Below, piece after piece: positions 45,287 to 60,572 of a stretch of 64,000 bases of DNA (its first letter is position 1; the number at the start of each line of letters is the position of its first letter). The notes under the pieces were generated by a model that searched no databases, was not told the DNA's origin, and saw nothing but the letters and a program-made list of their open reading frames with translations. The translations under genes were made by a program, and so were the position numbers. This DNA comes from Burkholderiales bacterium (GTDB lineage Bacteria > Pseudomonadota > Gammaproteobacteria > Burkholderiales > Usitatibacteraceae), in contig JBBREI010000001.1 in NCBI GenBank assembly GCA_038203035.1, positions 11,385 through 75,384 of the forward strand. Reading direction: 5' to 3'.

Positions 45287-45300
45287 GTTCCACGTGGAAC
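45287..45300. other. parS centromere site 2
   Basis: Identical GTTCCACGTGGAAC, 37 bp downstream of site 1. Confidence 0.88.
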
Positions 45301-45386
45301 GTCGCTGGGGTCCCACAGCCGATTCCCGTAGAATCCAGCTTCGCCCCGCCCGTGCAGGCCGGGCGTTTTCAATCCAGCCAGAAACT

Positions 45387-47282
45387 ATGAAATTCCCCCG
45401 GCGATTCGATGTGATCGTGGTTGGTGGCGGCCATGCCGGCACCGAGGCCGCGCTTGCCTCCGCCCGTGCGGGCGCCCGCACCCTGCTGCTGACCCATTCC
45501 ATGGAGACCCTGGGTCAGATGTCCTGCAACCCCTCCATCGGCGGCATTGGCAAGGGCCACCTCGTGAAGGAAGTGGACGCTCTCGGCGGTGCCATGGCCA
45601 TTGCCACGGACGAGGCGGGGATCCAATTCCGCACCCTCAACGCCAGCAAGGGCCCGGCCGTGCGTGCCACGCGGGCGCAGGCCGATCGCGTCCTTTATCG
45701 AGCGGCCATCCGGAAGCGACTGGAGGGGCAACCCAACCTCTGGCTGTTCCAGCAGGCTGTCGACGACCTGATTGTGGAAGGTGATCACATCGCGGGCGCC
45801 GTCACCGCCATTGGCGTGCGCTTCGAGGCCCCGGCGGTGGTGCTCACGGCGGGGACATTCCTTGGGGGCCTGGTCCACGTGGGCATGGCGCGATACCAGG
45901 CCGGGCGCGCGGGAGACCCGCCGTCGCTTTCCCTTGCTTCCCGGTTGCGCGAACTTGCCCTGCCCGTCGGGCGCCTGAAAACCGGCACGCCGCCGCGCAT
46001 CGACGGGCGAAGCATCGATTTCTCCCGGCTGGCCGAACAACCGGGCGACCGTCCCGAGCCGGCGTTTTCCTTCCTCGGCAGTCGCGGCATGCATCCGCGC
46101 CAGGTCAGTTGCTGGATCACGCATACCAATGGTCGCACCCACGACATCATCCGTGGCGGGCTGGACCGCTCGCCGATGTTCACCGGCGCGATCGAAGGGG
46201 TTGGCCCCCGGTATTGCCCCTCGATCGAGGACAAGATCCACCGTTTTGCCGGCAAGGACAGCCACCAGATATTCCTCGAGCCGGAGGGGCTGACCACACA
46301 CGAGTTCTATCCGAACGGCATCTCAACCAGCCTGCCTTTCGACGTACAACTGGAGCTCGTCCACTCGATCCCGGGGCTCGAAAGCGCCCACATCCTGCGT
46401 CCGGGTTATGCAATTGAATACGACTACTTCGATCCGCGCGGCCTCAAGAACACGCTCGAGACCAAGGCGATCCAGGGCCTCTTCTTCGCGGGCCAGATCA
46501 ACGGCACCACCGGATATGAAGAGGCGGCCGCCCAGGGGTTGCTGGCCGGCCTGAATGCGGCATTGCAGGTTCGCGGCGAGCCCGGATGGTGTCCACGCCG
46601 GGACGAAGCCTACCTGGGCGTGCTGGTTGACGACTTGATCACCCAGGGTGTTTCCGAGCCCTACCGGATGTTTACGAGTCGGGCCGAATACCGCCTGCAG
46701 CTGCGCGAGGACAACGCCGACCTTCGCCTGACGGAGATCGGGCGCAAGTTCGGGATCGTCGACAACAAGCAATGGCAGGTGTATTCGGCCAAACGGGATG
46801 GCATCGAGCGAGAATTGTTCCGCTGGAAATCGGCTTGGGCACGACCTCAGGATATTCCCATTGAAAATCAAATAGATGTGTTAGGCGCCCCGCTCGACCG
46901 TGAGCACTCGCTCTTCGATTTGCTGCGGCGGCCCAACATCCACTACGGCGCGCTCAAGGCGTGGTTGCCGTCGCAGGAGGTGGTGGACCCCGCGGTGACG
47001 GAGCAGCTAGAGATCTCGGCAAAGTACGCGGGATACATCGACCGGCAGAAAGTGGAAGTCGAAAGGCAGCTTGCGCAACAGGGCGCGCGCATCCCGGCCG
47101 GGATCGATTACGCCTCGGTGCGCGGGCTCTCGACGGAGGTACAGCAGAAATTGACGCATCAGCGCCCTCAGACCGTGGGCCAGGCAGCCCGCATCCAGGG
47201 CATGACGCCGGCTGCCATCTCGCTGCTGCTGGTGCACCTGAAGCGCCACGCGGTCGCGCAGCAGGTGGAGAAAAGCGCGTGA
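45387..47282 (+). CDS. mnmG: tRNA uridine-5-carboxymethylaminomethyl modification enzyme MnmG/GidA
   Basis: [56 protein letters not shown]. Confidence 0.98.
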   Translation: MKFPRRFDVIVVGGGHAGTEAALASARAGARTLLLTHSMETLGQMSCNPSIGGIGKGHLVKEVDALGGAMAIATDEAGIQFRTLNASKGPAVRATRAQADRVLYRAAIRKRLEGQPNLWLFQQAVDDLIVEGDHIAGAVTAIGVRFEAPAVVLTAGTFLGGLVHVGMARYQAGRAGDPPSLSLASRLRELALPVGRLKTGTPPRIDGRSIDFSRLAEQPGDRPEPAFSFLGSRGMHPRQVSCWITHTNGRTHDIIRGGLDRSPMFTGAIEGVGPRYCPSIEDKIHRFAGKDSHQIFLEPEGLTTHEFYPNGISTSLPFDVQLELVHSIPGLESAHILRPGYAIEYDYFDPRGLKNTLETKAIQGLFFAGQINGTTGYEEAAAQGLLAGLNAALQVRGEPGWCPRRDEAYLGVLVDDLITQGVSEPYRMFTSRAEYRLQLREDNADLRLTEIGRKFGIVDNKQWQVYSAKRDGIERELFRWKSAWARPQDIPIENQIDVLGAPLDREHSLFDLLRRPNIHYGALKAWLPSQEVVDPAVTEQLEISAKYAGYIDRQKVEVERQLAQQGARIPAGIDYASVRGLSTEVQQKLTHQRPQTVGQAARIQGMTPAAISLLLVHLKRHAVAQQVEKSA

Positions 47283-47905
47283 GCGTGGCCGAACGGATTC
47301 GCGAGGGCCTGGCGGCGATGGGTGTGTCCGTGCCCGATGCGGCGAGCCACCGCATGCAAGCGCACCTCGACCTGATCGCGAAATGGAACCGCGTGCACAA
47401 CCTCACCGCGGTGCGTGAAACGGAGCAGATGGTGGTGCTGCACCTGCTCGACAGCCTTTCGCTGCTGCCGCACCTGGGCGCGGCAAGAAGCGTCATCGAC
47501 GTGGGCAGCGGCCCGGGATTTCCCGGCGTGCCCATTGCTATTGCACGACCCGACCTCGAGGTGACCTTGCTCGACTCCAGCCACAAGAAATGCACGTTCC
47601 TGGAGCAGGCGAAAGCCGAGCTTCGGCTTGCCAATGTCTCGGTGGCCTGTGAGCGCGTGGAGCAATGGAAGCCGCCGCGCCGTTTCGACGCGGTGGTCTC
47701 GCGGGCATTCGCCGACCTTTCGGACTTCATCACGCAATCGCAGCACCTCGTTGCGCCGGGCGGGCGGTTCCTCGCGATGAAGGGCGTCTATCCGTTCGAG
47801 GAGATTGCCCGCGTGCCCGCGTCACACCGCGTGGCCCAGGTGGTCGAGCTTGCGGTGCCGACGCTCGACGCCAAGCGCCATCTCGTATTGCTGGAGGCCG
47901 CTTGA
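47279..47905 (+). CDS. rsmG: 16S rRNA m7G527 methyltransferase RsmG/GidB
   Basis: [35 protein letters not shown]; GTG start. Confidence 0.96.
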   Translation: MSVAERIREGLAAMGVSVPDAASHRMQAHLDLIAKWNRVHNLTAVRETEQMVVLHLLDSLSLLPHLGAARSVIDVGSGPGFPGVPIAIARPDLEVTLLDSSHKKCTFLEQAKAELRLANVSVACERVEQWKPPRRFDAVVSRAFADLSDFITQSQHLVAPGGRFLAMKGVYPFEEIARVPASHRVAQVVELAVPTLDAKRHLVLLEAA

Positions 47906-48687
47906 TGGCGCGCATCTTTGTCGTTGCGAACCAGAAGGGCGGGGTGGGAAAGACTTCCGTCGCGGTAAACCTGTCGGCGAGCATGGCGCATTACGGCCGG
48001 CGCGTGCTTCTGGTCGACCTCGACCCGCAGGGCAACGCCACCACCGGCAGCGGCGTCGACAAGTCCGAGTGCGAGAAAACCGTCTACGGCATGTTGATCG
48101 GCGAACACCCCGCATCCGAGGCGGTTCGCAGGTGCGAGGGCGGCTACGACCTGCTTCCGTCGAACCGCGACCTCGCAGGCGCGGAAGTCGAGCTCATCAC
48201 CATCGACAATCGCGAATTCCGGCTGCGCGACGCGCTGGCCCCGATCGCGGAGCAATACGATTTCGTTGTCATCGACTGCCCCCCTGCCCTGAACATGCTC
48301 ACGGTGAACGGGTTCACCGCGGCCGATGCGGTCATCATCCCGATGCAATGCGAGTACTACGCGCTCGAGGGCCTGTCCGACCTCGTAGGGACGCTGCGCA
48401 GGGTCAAGCAGAACCTCAATCCCCGCATCGAGATCGAGGCGCTGGTGCGCACCATGTACGACCCGCGCAGCACGCTGACCGTGCAGGTCTCCGACGAACT
48501 GAAGAAACACTACGGCGACAAGGTCTTCGACACCGTGATCCCACGCAACATCCGCATCGCCGAGGCGCCGTCCTTCGGCAAGCCCGTCCTGCTGCACGAC
48601 CCCGCTTCCAAGGGCGCGACCGCCCATCTGCAATTCGCCCGCGAACTGCTTTCGCGCAATGGCTTCGTGGTCAAGGAGGCTGCCTGA
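47905..48687 (+). CDS. parA: Chromosome partitioning ATPase ParA/Soj
   Basis: NQKGGVGKT, DLDPQGNAT, IDCPPAL, IPRNIRIAEAPSFG. Confidence 0.97.
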   Translation: MARIFVVANQKGGVGKTSVAVNLSASMAHYGRRVLLVDLDPQGNATTGSGVDKSECEKTVYGMLIGEHPASEAVRRCEGGYDLLPSNRDLAGAEVELITIDNREFRLRDALAPIAEQYDFVVIDCPPALNMLTVNGFTAADAVIIPMQCEYYALEGLSDLVGTLRRVKQNLNPRIEIEALVRTMYDPRSTLTVQVSDELKKHYGDKVFDTVIPRNIRIAEAPSFGKPVLLHDPASKGATAHLQFARELLSRNGFVVKEAA

Positions 48688-49550
48688 TGGCGGCGAAACA
48701 CAAGGGGCTGGGCCGCGGCCTCGACGCGCTGCTGGGCGGCAACACCAGGAGGCCACCGGCCGAAGAGGAACTCGCGCAGTTGCCGATCGATGTGCTCAAG
48801 CCCGGCAAGTACCAACCGCGCACGCGCATGGACGAGACATCGCTGTCGGAGCTGGCGGCTTCGATCCGGGCGCGCGGGGTGATCCAGCCGATCGTCGTGC
48901 GGCCGGTAGGCGGTTCGCAATACGAGATCCTCGCCGGCGAACGCCGCTGGCGCGCCGCGCGGATGGCGGGACTCGAGCAGGTCCCGGCAGTCGTGCGCGA
49001 GGTGCCCGACGAAGCCGCGCTCGGCATCGGCCTGATCGAAAACATCCAGCGTGAGGACCTGAACCCGCTGGAGGAGGCCAATGGCCTGAAGCGCCTGATC
49101 GACGAATTCAAGCTCACGCACGAGGAGGTCGCCGGGGCGGTGGGGCGTTCACGCGCGGGCGTGACGAACCTGCTTCGCCTGCTCGACCTCGCTCCCGCCG
49201 TGCAATCGATGCTGCTCGACGGCAAGATCGACATGGGCCACGCGCGCGCCTTGCTGGCGCTGTCGAAACCCCGCCAGGTGGAGCTCGCCGAGCAAGTTGC
49301 CGCTGCAGGACTGTCGGTGCGCGAGACCGAACGCCTGGTCCAGCAGGCAACCGTCGCGCCGGCTGCCATTGCCCGGCGCGCGGCACCGGCGCTGGACGCC
49401 GACAGTCGCCGGCTGCAGGACGAGTTGTCCGAATCGCTTGGTTCCAACGTCACGCTGAAGCTGCGGGTCGGGGGCAAGGGCTCGGTGGTGATCGACTATT
49501 CGAGCCTCGACGAACTCTCCGGAATCGTCAAGCGGATCAAGCGCAACTGA
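48687..49550 (+). CDS. parB: Chromosome partitioning protein ParB/Spo0J
   Basis: KGLGRGLDALL, YQPR, IIQP-like VIQPIVVR, AGERRWRAA, ENIQREDLNPLEEA. Confidence 0.97.
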   Translation: MAAKHKGLGRGLDALLGGNTRRPPAEEELAQLPIDVLKPGKYQPRTRMDETSLSELAASIRARGVIQPIVVRPVGGSQYEILAGERRWRAARMAGLEQVPAVVREVPDEAALGIGLIENIQREDLNPLEEANGLKRLIDEFKLTHEEVAGAVGRSRAGVTNLLRLLDLAPAVQSMLLDGKIDMGHARALLALSKPRQVELAEQVAAAGLSVRETERLVQQATVAPAAIARRAAPALDADSRRLQDELSESLGSNVTLKLRVGGKGSVVIDYSSLDELSGIVKRIKRN

Positions 49551-49582
49551 AGGCGCGGGCCCATGCTGCAGCGCAGGAACTT

Positions 49583-49612
49583 TTGACGCTCGACCCCGCC
49601 CGCCGCTATAAT
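49583..49612 (+). promoter_or_regulatory. Sigma70 promoter of the atp operon
   Basis: TTGACG (49583-49588), 18-bp spacer, TATAAT (49607-49612). Confidence 0.8.
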
Positions 49613-49639
49613 TCAACGGTTTCGCTTCGCGGGCCCCAA

Positions 49640-51186
<1,547 letters not shown>

Positions 51187-51216
51187 CGACGTTCCAACTC
51201 CCGACAGGGACGCCTC

Positions 51217-51687
51217 ATGAATCTCAACCTGACGTTGTTCGCCCAGGCGGCCACGTTCGCCCTCTTCATCTGGTTCACGGTGAAGTTCGTGTGGCCGCCG
51301 TTGCTGCGCGCCATCGAGGCGCGCCAGAAGACAATCGCCGACGGCCTGGCCGAAGCGGAGCGTGGCCGCTCGTCGCTCGCCGACGCCCAGAAGCAGACCG
51401 ACTCGATCCTCAAGGATGCGCGCGCGCGCGCCCATGAGATCGTGGCGGCCGCGGACAAGACCGCCAGCCGGCGCATAGAAGAGTCGAAGCTCCAGGCCAA
51501 GACCGAGGGCGAGCGGCTGGTGGCAGCAGCCCATTCGCAGATCCAGCAGGAAGTCCAATCGGCCAAGCAGCAGCTGCGCGAGCAGGTCGCGCAGCTCGCC
51601 GTCACCGGCGCCGAAAAGATCCTGCGCCGCGAGGTCGATGCCAAGGCGCACGCCGACATGCTCAACCAGCTCAAGGCGCAACTCTAG
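51217..51687 (+). CDS. atpF: ATP synthase F0 subunit b
   Basis: NLNLTLFAQ, KFVWPPL, RQKTIADGL. Confidence 0.97.
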   Translation: MNLNLTLFAQAATFALFIWFTVKFVWPPLLRAIEARQKTIADGLAEAERGRSSLADAQKQTDSILKDARARAHEIVAAADKTASRRIEESKLQAKTEGERLVAAAHSQIQQEVQSAKQQLREQVAQLAVTGAEKILRREVDAKAHADMLNQLKAQL

Positions 51688-51691
51688 AGCC

Positions 51692-52228
51692 ATGGCCGAA
51701 ATCGCAACCGTCGCCCGCCCCTACGCGGAAGCCGCGTTCAGGGCGGCGCTCGAGTCGAAATCTCTGGGTGCCGACGCGGACGCCATCGCGCTTTCCGCCG
51801 CCATCGCACGCGATGACAACATGCGCTCGACGCTTTCGGACCCGCGCGTGAGCGCCCAGCAGAAGAAAGACCTGTTCGCGTCGGTGGGGGGCGATCGCCT
51901 CACCGGCCCGGTGAAGAACCTCCTGGCAATGCTTGTCGACGGCCACCGCACCGTGCTGATCGGCTCCATCGCGGAACAGTTCGACGACCTCAAACGCGAC
52001 CACGAGCGCGTCGTGCGCGCGCGCGTCACCAGCGCCCAGCCGCTGACGGACGCGCAGCGCGCGGACATCGTCGCGGCGCTCGAAAAACGTTACGGCAAGA
52101 AAGTCGAGGCCGAGGTGGACGTCGATGCCCAGCTGTTGGGCGGGGCGCGCGTCCAGGTCGGCGACCAGGTCATCCACGCCTCGGTGCGTGACGCGCTCGG
52201 CCAGATGGCCGCCGCGCTCACCCGCTAG
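51692..52228 (+). CDS. atpH: ATP synthase F1 subunit delta
   Basis: [23 protein letters not shown]. Confidence 0.96.
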   Translation: MAEIATVARPYAEAAFRAALESKSLGADADAIALSAAIARDDNMRSTLSDPRVSAQQKKDLFASVGGDRLTGPVKNLLAMLVDGHRTVLIGSIAEQFDDLKRDHERVVRARVTSAQPLTDAQRADIVAALEKRYGKKVEAEVDVDAQLLGGARVQVGDQVIHASVRDALGQMAAALTR

Positions 52229-52254
52229 GCCCCCGCTTCACTCAAGGAAACGTC

Positions 52255-53796
<1,542 letters not shown>

Positions 53797-53805
53797 TAGC
53801 GGGAA

Positions 53806-53842
53806 CGGCGTTGGAGCGGTCGTTCACCGCCGCTCAACGCCG
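53806..53842 (+). other. Intercistronic stem-loop between atpA and atpG
   Basis: CGGCGTTGGAGCGG pairs with CCGCTCAACGCCG with one bulged G. Confidence 0.5.
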
Positions 53843-53859
53843 CCAAACGGAAAGCACTT

Positions 53860-54735
53860 ATGGCTGGCAGCAGAGAAATCCGGACCAAGATCAAGAGCGT
53901 GCAGAACACGCGCAAGATCACCAAGGCCATGGAGATGGTCGCCGCCTCGAAGATGAGGAAGGCGCAGGAGCGCATGCGCCACGCGCGCCCGTACGGCGAC
54001 AAGATCCGCACCATCGCCTCGCACCTCGCGCACGCGAACACCGAATACCGCCACCCGTTCCTCGTGAAGCGCGAAGGCGTTAAAGACGTCGGCGTGATCG
54101 TCGTGACTTCCGACAAGGGACTGTGCGGCGGCCTCAACTCCAACGTGCTGCGCCTGATGCTCGTCAAGGTGAAGGAATTCCAGGCGGAAGGCCGGGCGGT
54201 CCAGCTGACCGCCATCGGCAACAAGGGCTTCGGATTCATGCAGCGCGTGGGTGGCAACGTCGTCTCGCACCTCACCGGCCTGGGTGACACGCCGCATCTC
54301 GAAAAGCTGGTCGGACCGATGAAGGTCCAGATCGACGCGTATACCGAGGGCAAGATCGGCGCGCTCTACATCGTCTACACGCGCTTCATCAACACGATGA
54401 AGCAGGAGCCCGTGGTCGAGCAGCTGCTGCCGCTGCCCGCCGACCGCCTCAAGGCGGACGAGCGCGCGTCGCGCAAGAACTGGGACTACCTGTACGAACC
54501 CGATGCGCGCGCCGTGCTCGAGCAGCTGCTGACGCGTTATGTCGAACAGATCATCTACCAGTCGGTCGCCGAAAACATCGCCAGCGAGCAGTCGGCGCGC
54601 ATGGTGGCGATGAAAAGCGCGAGCGACAACGCATCGAGCGTGATCGACGACCTCACCCTGGTCTACAACAAGTCGCGCCAGGCGGCGATCACCAAGGAAT
54701 TGTCCGAAATCGTCGGCGGCGCTGCGGCCGTCTAA
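53860..54735 (+). CDS. atpG: ATP synthase F1 subunit gamma
   Basis: [46 protein letters not shown]. Confidence 0.99.
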   Translation: MAGSREIRTKIKSVQNTRKITKAMEMVAASKMRKAQERMRHARPYGDKIRTIASHLAHANTEYRHPFLVKREGVKDVGVIVVTSDKGLCGGLNSNVLRLMLVKVKEFQAEGRAVQLTAIGNKGFGFMQRVGGNVVSHLTGLGDTPHLEKLVGPMKVQIDAYTEGKIGALYIVYTRFINTMKQEPVVEQLLPLPADRLKADERASRKNWDYLYEPDARAVLEQLLTRYVEQIIYQSVAENIASEQSARMVAMKSASDNASSVIDDLTLVYNKSRQAAITKELSEIVGGAAAV

Positions 54736-54738
54736 TAA

Positions 54739-56205
<1,467 letters not shown>

Positions 56206-56230
56206 TCGTGACAACGCTTCACGCCGTTGC

Positions 56231-56265
56231 GCCCTCTCCCCTGGGAGAGGGTTGGGGAGAGGGTC
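56231..56265. repeat. Pyrimidine/purine-tract palindromic element (BoxC-like)
   Basis: CCCTCTCCC-CT-GGGAGAGGG-TT-GGGGAGAGGG. Confidence 0.6.
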
Positions 56266-56270
56266 AATAG

Positions 56271-56693
56271 ATGGCCAAGACATTCCACGTCGACATCGTC
56301 AGCGCCGAGCAGTCGATCTACTCCGGCGAGGCCTCCATGGTGGTGGCCCCGGGCGAAGCTGGCGAGCTCGGCATCCTGCCCGAGCACATACCCCTGCTCA
56401 CCCGCATCAAGCCGGGCACCATTCTCATCAAGGCCGCCAACGGGACCGATGAGGAATTCATCTACGTCTCCGGCGGCATGATGGAAGTCCAGCCGGACCG
56501 CGTGACGGTGCTTGCCGATACATCGGTGCGCGCCCACGATCTCGACGAGGCCAAGGCCCTCGAGGCCGAACGCCTCGCCAAGGAAGCAATTGCCAACCGC
56601 GCCGGGTCGATGGAAATCGCCAAGGCCCAGGCCGAACTCGCGGAAGCGGTGGCGCAGCTCGCCGCCATTCGCAAGCTGCGCTCGCGCCGTTGA
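56271..56693 (+). CDS. atpC: ATP synthase F1 subunit epsilon
   Basis: [31 protein letters not shown]. Confidence 0.97.
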   Translation: MAKTFHVDIVSAEQSIYSGEASMVVAPGEAGELGILPEHIPLLTRIKPGTILIKAANGTDEEFIYVSGGMMEVQPDRVTVLADTSVRAHDLDEAKALEAERLAKEAIANRAGSMEIAKAQAELAEAVAQLAAIRKLRSRR

Positions 56694-56758
56694 GGGTGTA
56701 AAATCCGCTCCATCAGGGGGGATCAGAGAAACTCCTAGTACAGAGGCGCAACACATCC

Positions 56759-56785
56759 GGGCAGGGCTCACCCCCTGCCCTTTTT
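56759..56785 (+). terminator. Intrinsic terminator of the atp operon
   Basis: GGGCAGGG-CTCACC-CCCTGCCC-TTTTT. Confidence 0.85.
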
Positions 56786-56810
56786 CTTGCCCTCCCAACA
56801 AATGATCCCG

Positions 56811-58181
56811 ATGCCGTCCTCAGCAGCACTCCAAGTTGTGATCCTGGCCGCGGGCCAGGGCAAGCGCATGCGTTCGGGCCTGCCCAAGGTGCTGCACCCC
56901 ATCGCCGGGCGCCCGCTGATCAATCACGTGATCGATACCGCGCGCTTGTTAGCGCCCACTCGCTTATGCGTCGTCATCGGTCACGGCGGCGACCAGGTCC
57001 GCGCGGCCCTGGCCGATGTGGACGTGGCCTGGGCAACCCAGGATCGACAACTCGGTACCGGGCACGCCGTGATGCAAGCGCTTCCTTACCTGGACGAGGC
57101 GGGGACGGTACTGATCCTCTACGGCGACGTGCCGCTGATCGCCTCCGGCACGTTGCGATCCCTGGTTGATGCGGCATCGGCGGGGCACGTGGCGCTACTC
57201 ACCCAGAGCCTCGAGCAGCCAAAGGGATACGGTCGCATCGTGCGAAACGGTGCCGGACGGGTGGTCCGCATCGTGGAAGAAAAAGACGCATCCGAAGCGC
57301 AGCGCGGCATCCGCGAGGTCAACACCGGCATCATGGCGCTTCCCCGCGCCAGCCTCGCCCGGTGGCTGGGCCAGCTGAAAAATGAAAACGCCCAGGGCGA
57401 GTACTATCTGACCGACGTCATCGCGGCGGCCGTGGCCGACGGCGTTGCCGTCGAAGTGCGCCATCCCGCGGCGGCGCACGAAAGCCTCGGCGTCAACAGC
57501 AAGTCGGAGCTCGCGACCCTCGAACGCCACTACCAGATGAATCGCGCCAACCAGCTCATGCAGCAGGGCGTCACCCTGGCCGATCCCGCGCGCATCGACG
57601 TGCGCGGCGATCTGAATTGCGGGCGTGACGTCGCCATCGACGTGAATTGCATTTTCGAGGGCACCGTTACCCTCGGCGACGGCGTCAAGGTCGGCGCCAA
57701 CTGCATCCTTCGCGACGTCAGCATCGGGGCCGGCACCGAGATCAAGCCCTTCACCCTCATCGAGGAAGGCGTCATCGGCGCCAACGCGCGTATCGGCCCG
57801 TACGCGCGGATCCGCCCCGGGACGCAACTCGCCGACGACGTGCACGTCGGCAATTTCGTCGAGGTGAAAGCAAGTTCCTTCGGCCGTGGCAGCAAGGCGA
57901 ACCACCTCGCCTACGTTGGGGATACGACGGTGGGCAGCGGCGTGAACATCGGCGCGGGAACCATCACCTGCAACTACGATGGGGCGAACAAGCACCGCAC
58001 GGTGATCGAAGACGACGTGCACATCGGCAGCGACGTGCAACTGGTCGCGCCGGTCACCGTGGGCAAGGGCGCGACGATCGGCGCGGGCGCGACCATCAGC
58101 AAGGACGTGCCGCCCGGCGGCCTCACGCTCACCGAGAAGAAGCAGGTCACCAAGCCGGACTGGAAGCGCCCCCGCAAATAA
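56811..58181 (+). CDS. glmU: Bifunctional UDP-GlcNAc pyrophosphorylase/glucosamine-1-phosphate acetyltransferase
   Basis: [30 protein letters not shown], hexapeptide repeats, HLAYVGD; start 56802 or 56811. Confidence 0.97.
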   Translation: MPSSAALQVVILAAGQGKRMRSGLPKVLHPIAGRPLINHVIDTARLLAPTRLCVVIGHGGDQVRAALADVDVAWATQDRQLGTGHAVMQALPYLDEAGTVLILYGDVPLIASGTLRSLVDAASAGHVALLTQSLEQPKGYGRIVRNGAGRVVRIVEEKDASEAQRGIREVNTGIMALPRASLARWLGQLKNENAQGEYYLTDVIAAAVADGVAVEVRHPAAAHESLGVNSKSELATLERHYQMNRANQLMQQGVTLADPARIDVRGDLNCGRDVAIDVNCIFEGTVTLGDGVKVGANCILRDVSIGAGTEIKPFTLIEEGVIGANARIGPYARIRPGTQLADDVHVGNFVEVKASSFGRGSKANHLAYVGDTTVGSGVNIGAGTITCNYDGANKHRTVIEDDVHIGSDVQLVAPVTVGKGATIGAGATISKDVPPGGLTLTEKKQVTKPDWKRPRK

Positions 58182-58193
58182 TCAGGGATGCAA

Positions 58194-59822
58194 TCAGAAG
58201 GTCAGCTCGGTCTTGACCAGGAACTGCACCGCCTTGATGCCCGGTGCGCGGCTCAGCGGCACGGCGACGTCGAGGTGAAGGACATTCGCGAACGCCGTGC
58301 GGTCGAGCGAAAGGCGCAATCCCACGCCCGCATCCGCCAGCCAGCCGCCATTCACGGTGTTCTGGTTCGCACCGCCCCACGCGCGCCCGATGTCGAGGAA
58401 GGCGGCCCCGCCGACGCGCACCAGGTGCAATGGATACCAGTCGGAGTAGCGGCGCTGCTCGAGTGTCGCCACCACCCGGTTCTCGCCCGCCTGGTAGCGC
58501 GATGGGTAGCCACGCATGCCCTCGAGACCTCCCAGGAGCAACAGGTCCGCGATGCCACCCCCGCGAACCTTCTCCCCGACGAGCGACGCGAAGTAGAGCG
58601 AATCGCGGCTTCTCGGCGCGTAGAACTGCAAGCCGGCGCCGCCCTGCGTCATCGGCGTGGCGAGGCTCGACACGCGGCGTTCGACTTTCGCCTGCGCGAA
58701 CAGGCGATGGCCCGAGGCGAGCGTGGTGCCGTCGCCGGCCTCCAGTGCGTACAACCAATCCGACCGCGTCGAGCCGAGGCCACGCAACGCGCGCGCGACC
58801 TGCGCCCGCAGGTGGAATCCGAGGCCGAAGAATTCCGTGCGCGCGATGTTGTTGTAGTTCACGACCTTGATGAAGTCGTCCTCGATCAGCTCGTAGCGCA
58901 GGAACGGCGCGCGCACGCGGTGGGTCACGGGCAGGGGCACGACGAGGTCGCGTCCCGGTTCGGCCCGGTAGGCGTCGTCGTTCGCGTAGACCCCCCCCGA
59001 ATAGCGCGACGTCCAGCCGTCCACGAGCCCGGGCGACCATCCGACTGCGAGCTCCGCAGCCTTCTCCCGATGGCGATACTCGCTCATCTTGTCGCCCGAG
59101 TTGTAGATCGAATCGATGCGGTCGTTGTCGCTCCAGGCGCCGCGCGCGGCGTAGCGCGTATCGAGCGAGTAGAAGGGGCGATCGACGGCCACCGCGGTTC
59201 GCCGGCCGTCGCTGAACTGGCCGCGGCTGAAGGCGAGCTGGGTCCAGCCGTCGAAGGCCTGGTTGTAGCTGGCCTCGAGCTCGGTGCCGTTGCGGTCGTT
59301 GTCGGAGGTCCGCGCGAAGCCCACGTTGAGCCCGGTGCCCAGCACGTTGCGCTCGCGCGCACCGAACGACGACTTGTTGTTGCCGCCGCTGCGGGAGAAG
59401 CTGCCGGTGAGGTCGAGCGACCAGGTGTCGCGGGTGAGAACTTCGATGTCCACCTTGCCATCCCGGTATTCGCCCGGCCGGATCTCGACGTCGTGGACGA
59501 TCCGCAGCGCCAGCAGGACGCGCTCGGTCTCCTCGATCTTCTGCACCAAGACCTTGTCGCCGCTCTTGAAGAGCAGCACGCGCGCGACCACCTGGGGGCG
59601 GGTCACGAAGTGCAGGCGGTTCGCCAGCCGGTAGAAGAGGCCGCTTTCGGCCGGGTCACCCGTGTCGAAGATGTTGCGCGCCTCGACGCGCACCTCGCCG
59701 ATCACCGCGCCCGCCTTTTCCAGGTCGCGGAATTCCGGTGGCAAGGCGGGTTGGGCGCCGAGCATCGTCGCAGCCGACAACAACACGCCCGCAAGCGGGC
59801 CCCGGCGAAGCCAACGACGCAT
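58194..59822 (-). CDS. Omp85-superfamily (BamA/TamA-like) outer-membrane beta-barrel with a single POTRA-like domain
   Basis: Signal peptide; LLFKSGD...EETERVL POTRA-like segment; ERNVLGTG, MRGYP (loop-6 motif), FLDIGRAW, DAGVGLR; terminal Phe. Confidence 0.8.
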   Translation of the reverse strand: MRRWLRRGPLAGVLLSAATMLGAQPALPPEFRDLEKAGAVIGEVRVEARNIFDTGDPAESGLFYRLANRLHFVTRPQVVARVLLFKSGDKVLVQKIEETERVLLALRIVHDVEIRPGEYRDGKVDIEVLTRDTWSLDLTGSFSRSGGNNKSSFGARERNVLGTGLNVGFARTSDNDRNGTELEASYNQAFDGWTQLAFSRGQFSDGRRTAVAVDRPFYSLDTRYAARGAWSDNDRIDSIYNSGDKMSEYRHREKAAELAVGWSPGLVDGWTSRYSGGVYANDDAYRAEPGRDLVVPLPVTHRVRAPFLRYELIEDDFIKVVNYNNIARTEFFGLGFHLRAQVARALRGLGSTRSDWLYALEAGDGTTLASGHRLFAQAKVERRVSSLATPMTQGGAGLQFYAPRSRDSLYFASLVGEKVRGGGIADLLLLGGLEGMRGYPSRYQAGENRVVATLEQRRYSDWYPLHLVRVGGAAFLDIGRAWGGANQNTVNGGWLADAGVGLRLSLDRTAFANVLHLDVAVPLSRAPGIKAVQFLVKTELTF

Positions 59823-59844
59823 TACCAGCGGCGCGCGGGCGAGA

Positions 59845-60495
59845 TCACCACCGGGCGGGCGGCTTCTTGTTGATCGTGATGTAGCGGTTCTCGACGGTGA
59901 TGTAACCACCTGAGGTGAGGTCGCGGAAAATGCGGCTCACCATGTCTCGTGACGCCCCCACCCGTTCCGCGATTTCCTGTTGCGTGAGCTTTTCGGGAAT
60001 GACCAGCTTGCCGTCCTTCTCGACGCCCATGTTGAGCAGCAGGCGAGCCACCCTGCCGTAAACATCGAGCAGGGCCAGGTCCTTGATGCTATTCGTCGCG
60101 AGCCGCGCGCGGTCGATGATCTTGGAGATCATGTCGAGCGCGAAGTCGGGATCCCTGCGGATCGCTTCGCGGATCGGCTCGCGCGCCACGACGGCGAAAG
60201 TGCTTGGCTCCAGCGTCATCACCGAAGCCGACCGCGGCTTTCCGTCAAGCGCCATTTCGCCGACGTATTCGCCCGGCCCCTGGGTGTCCAGGATCATCTC
60301 GTGGCCCTCGGTATCCGAGATGAACACCTTGACGCGGCCCGTGAGCACCACAAACACCGAGTCGCTCGAATCACCCTCGGTGATGAACACGGTGTTCTTC
60401 GGGTAGGTGCGCAGCCGTCCCAGCGCAGCGAGTTGCCTCACGAAGGGGTCGGTGATTGCCTCGAGCTGCGCGGCGCTCGGCGTATCCCCCGTCAT
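59845..60495 (-). CDS. Crp/Fnr-family transcriptional regulator
   Basis: cNMP-binding GEYVGEMAL-DGKPRSASV and C-terminal HTH LTQQEIAERVGASRDMVSRI; no Fnr Cys cluster. Confidence 0.92.
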   Translation of the reverse strand: MTGDTPSAAQLEAITDPFVRQLAALGRLRTYPKNTVFITEGDSSDSVFVVLTGRVKVFISDTEGHEMILDTQGPGEYVGEMALDGKPRSASVMTLEPSTFAVVAREPIREAIRRDPDFALDMISKIIDRARLATNSIKDLALLDVYGRVARLLLNMGVEKDGKLVIPEKLTQQEIAERVGASRDMVSRIFRDLTSGGYITVENRYITINKKPPARW

Positions 60496-60572
60496 TTTTT
60501 CTTTCTTGGGATGGCGCTGATTGAAGTGGTCCAGTCTAGCATCCGGCAGGGGCCACGTTAAGATAGCTGCCC

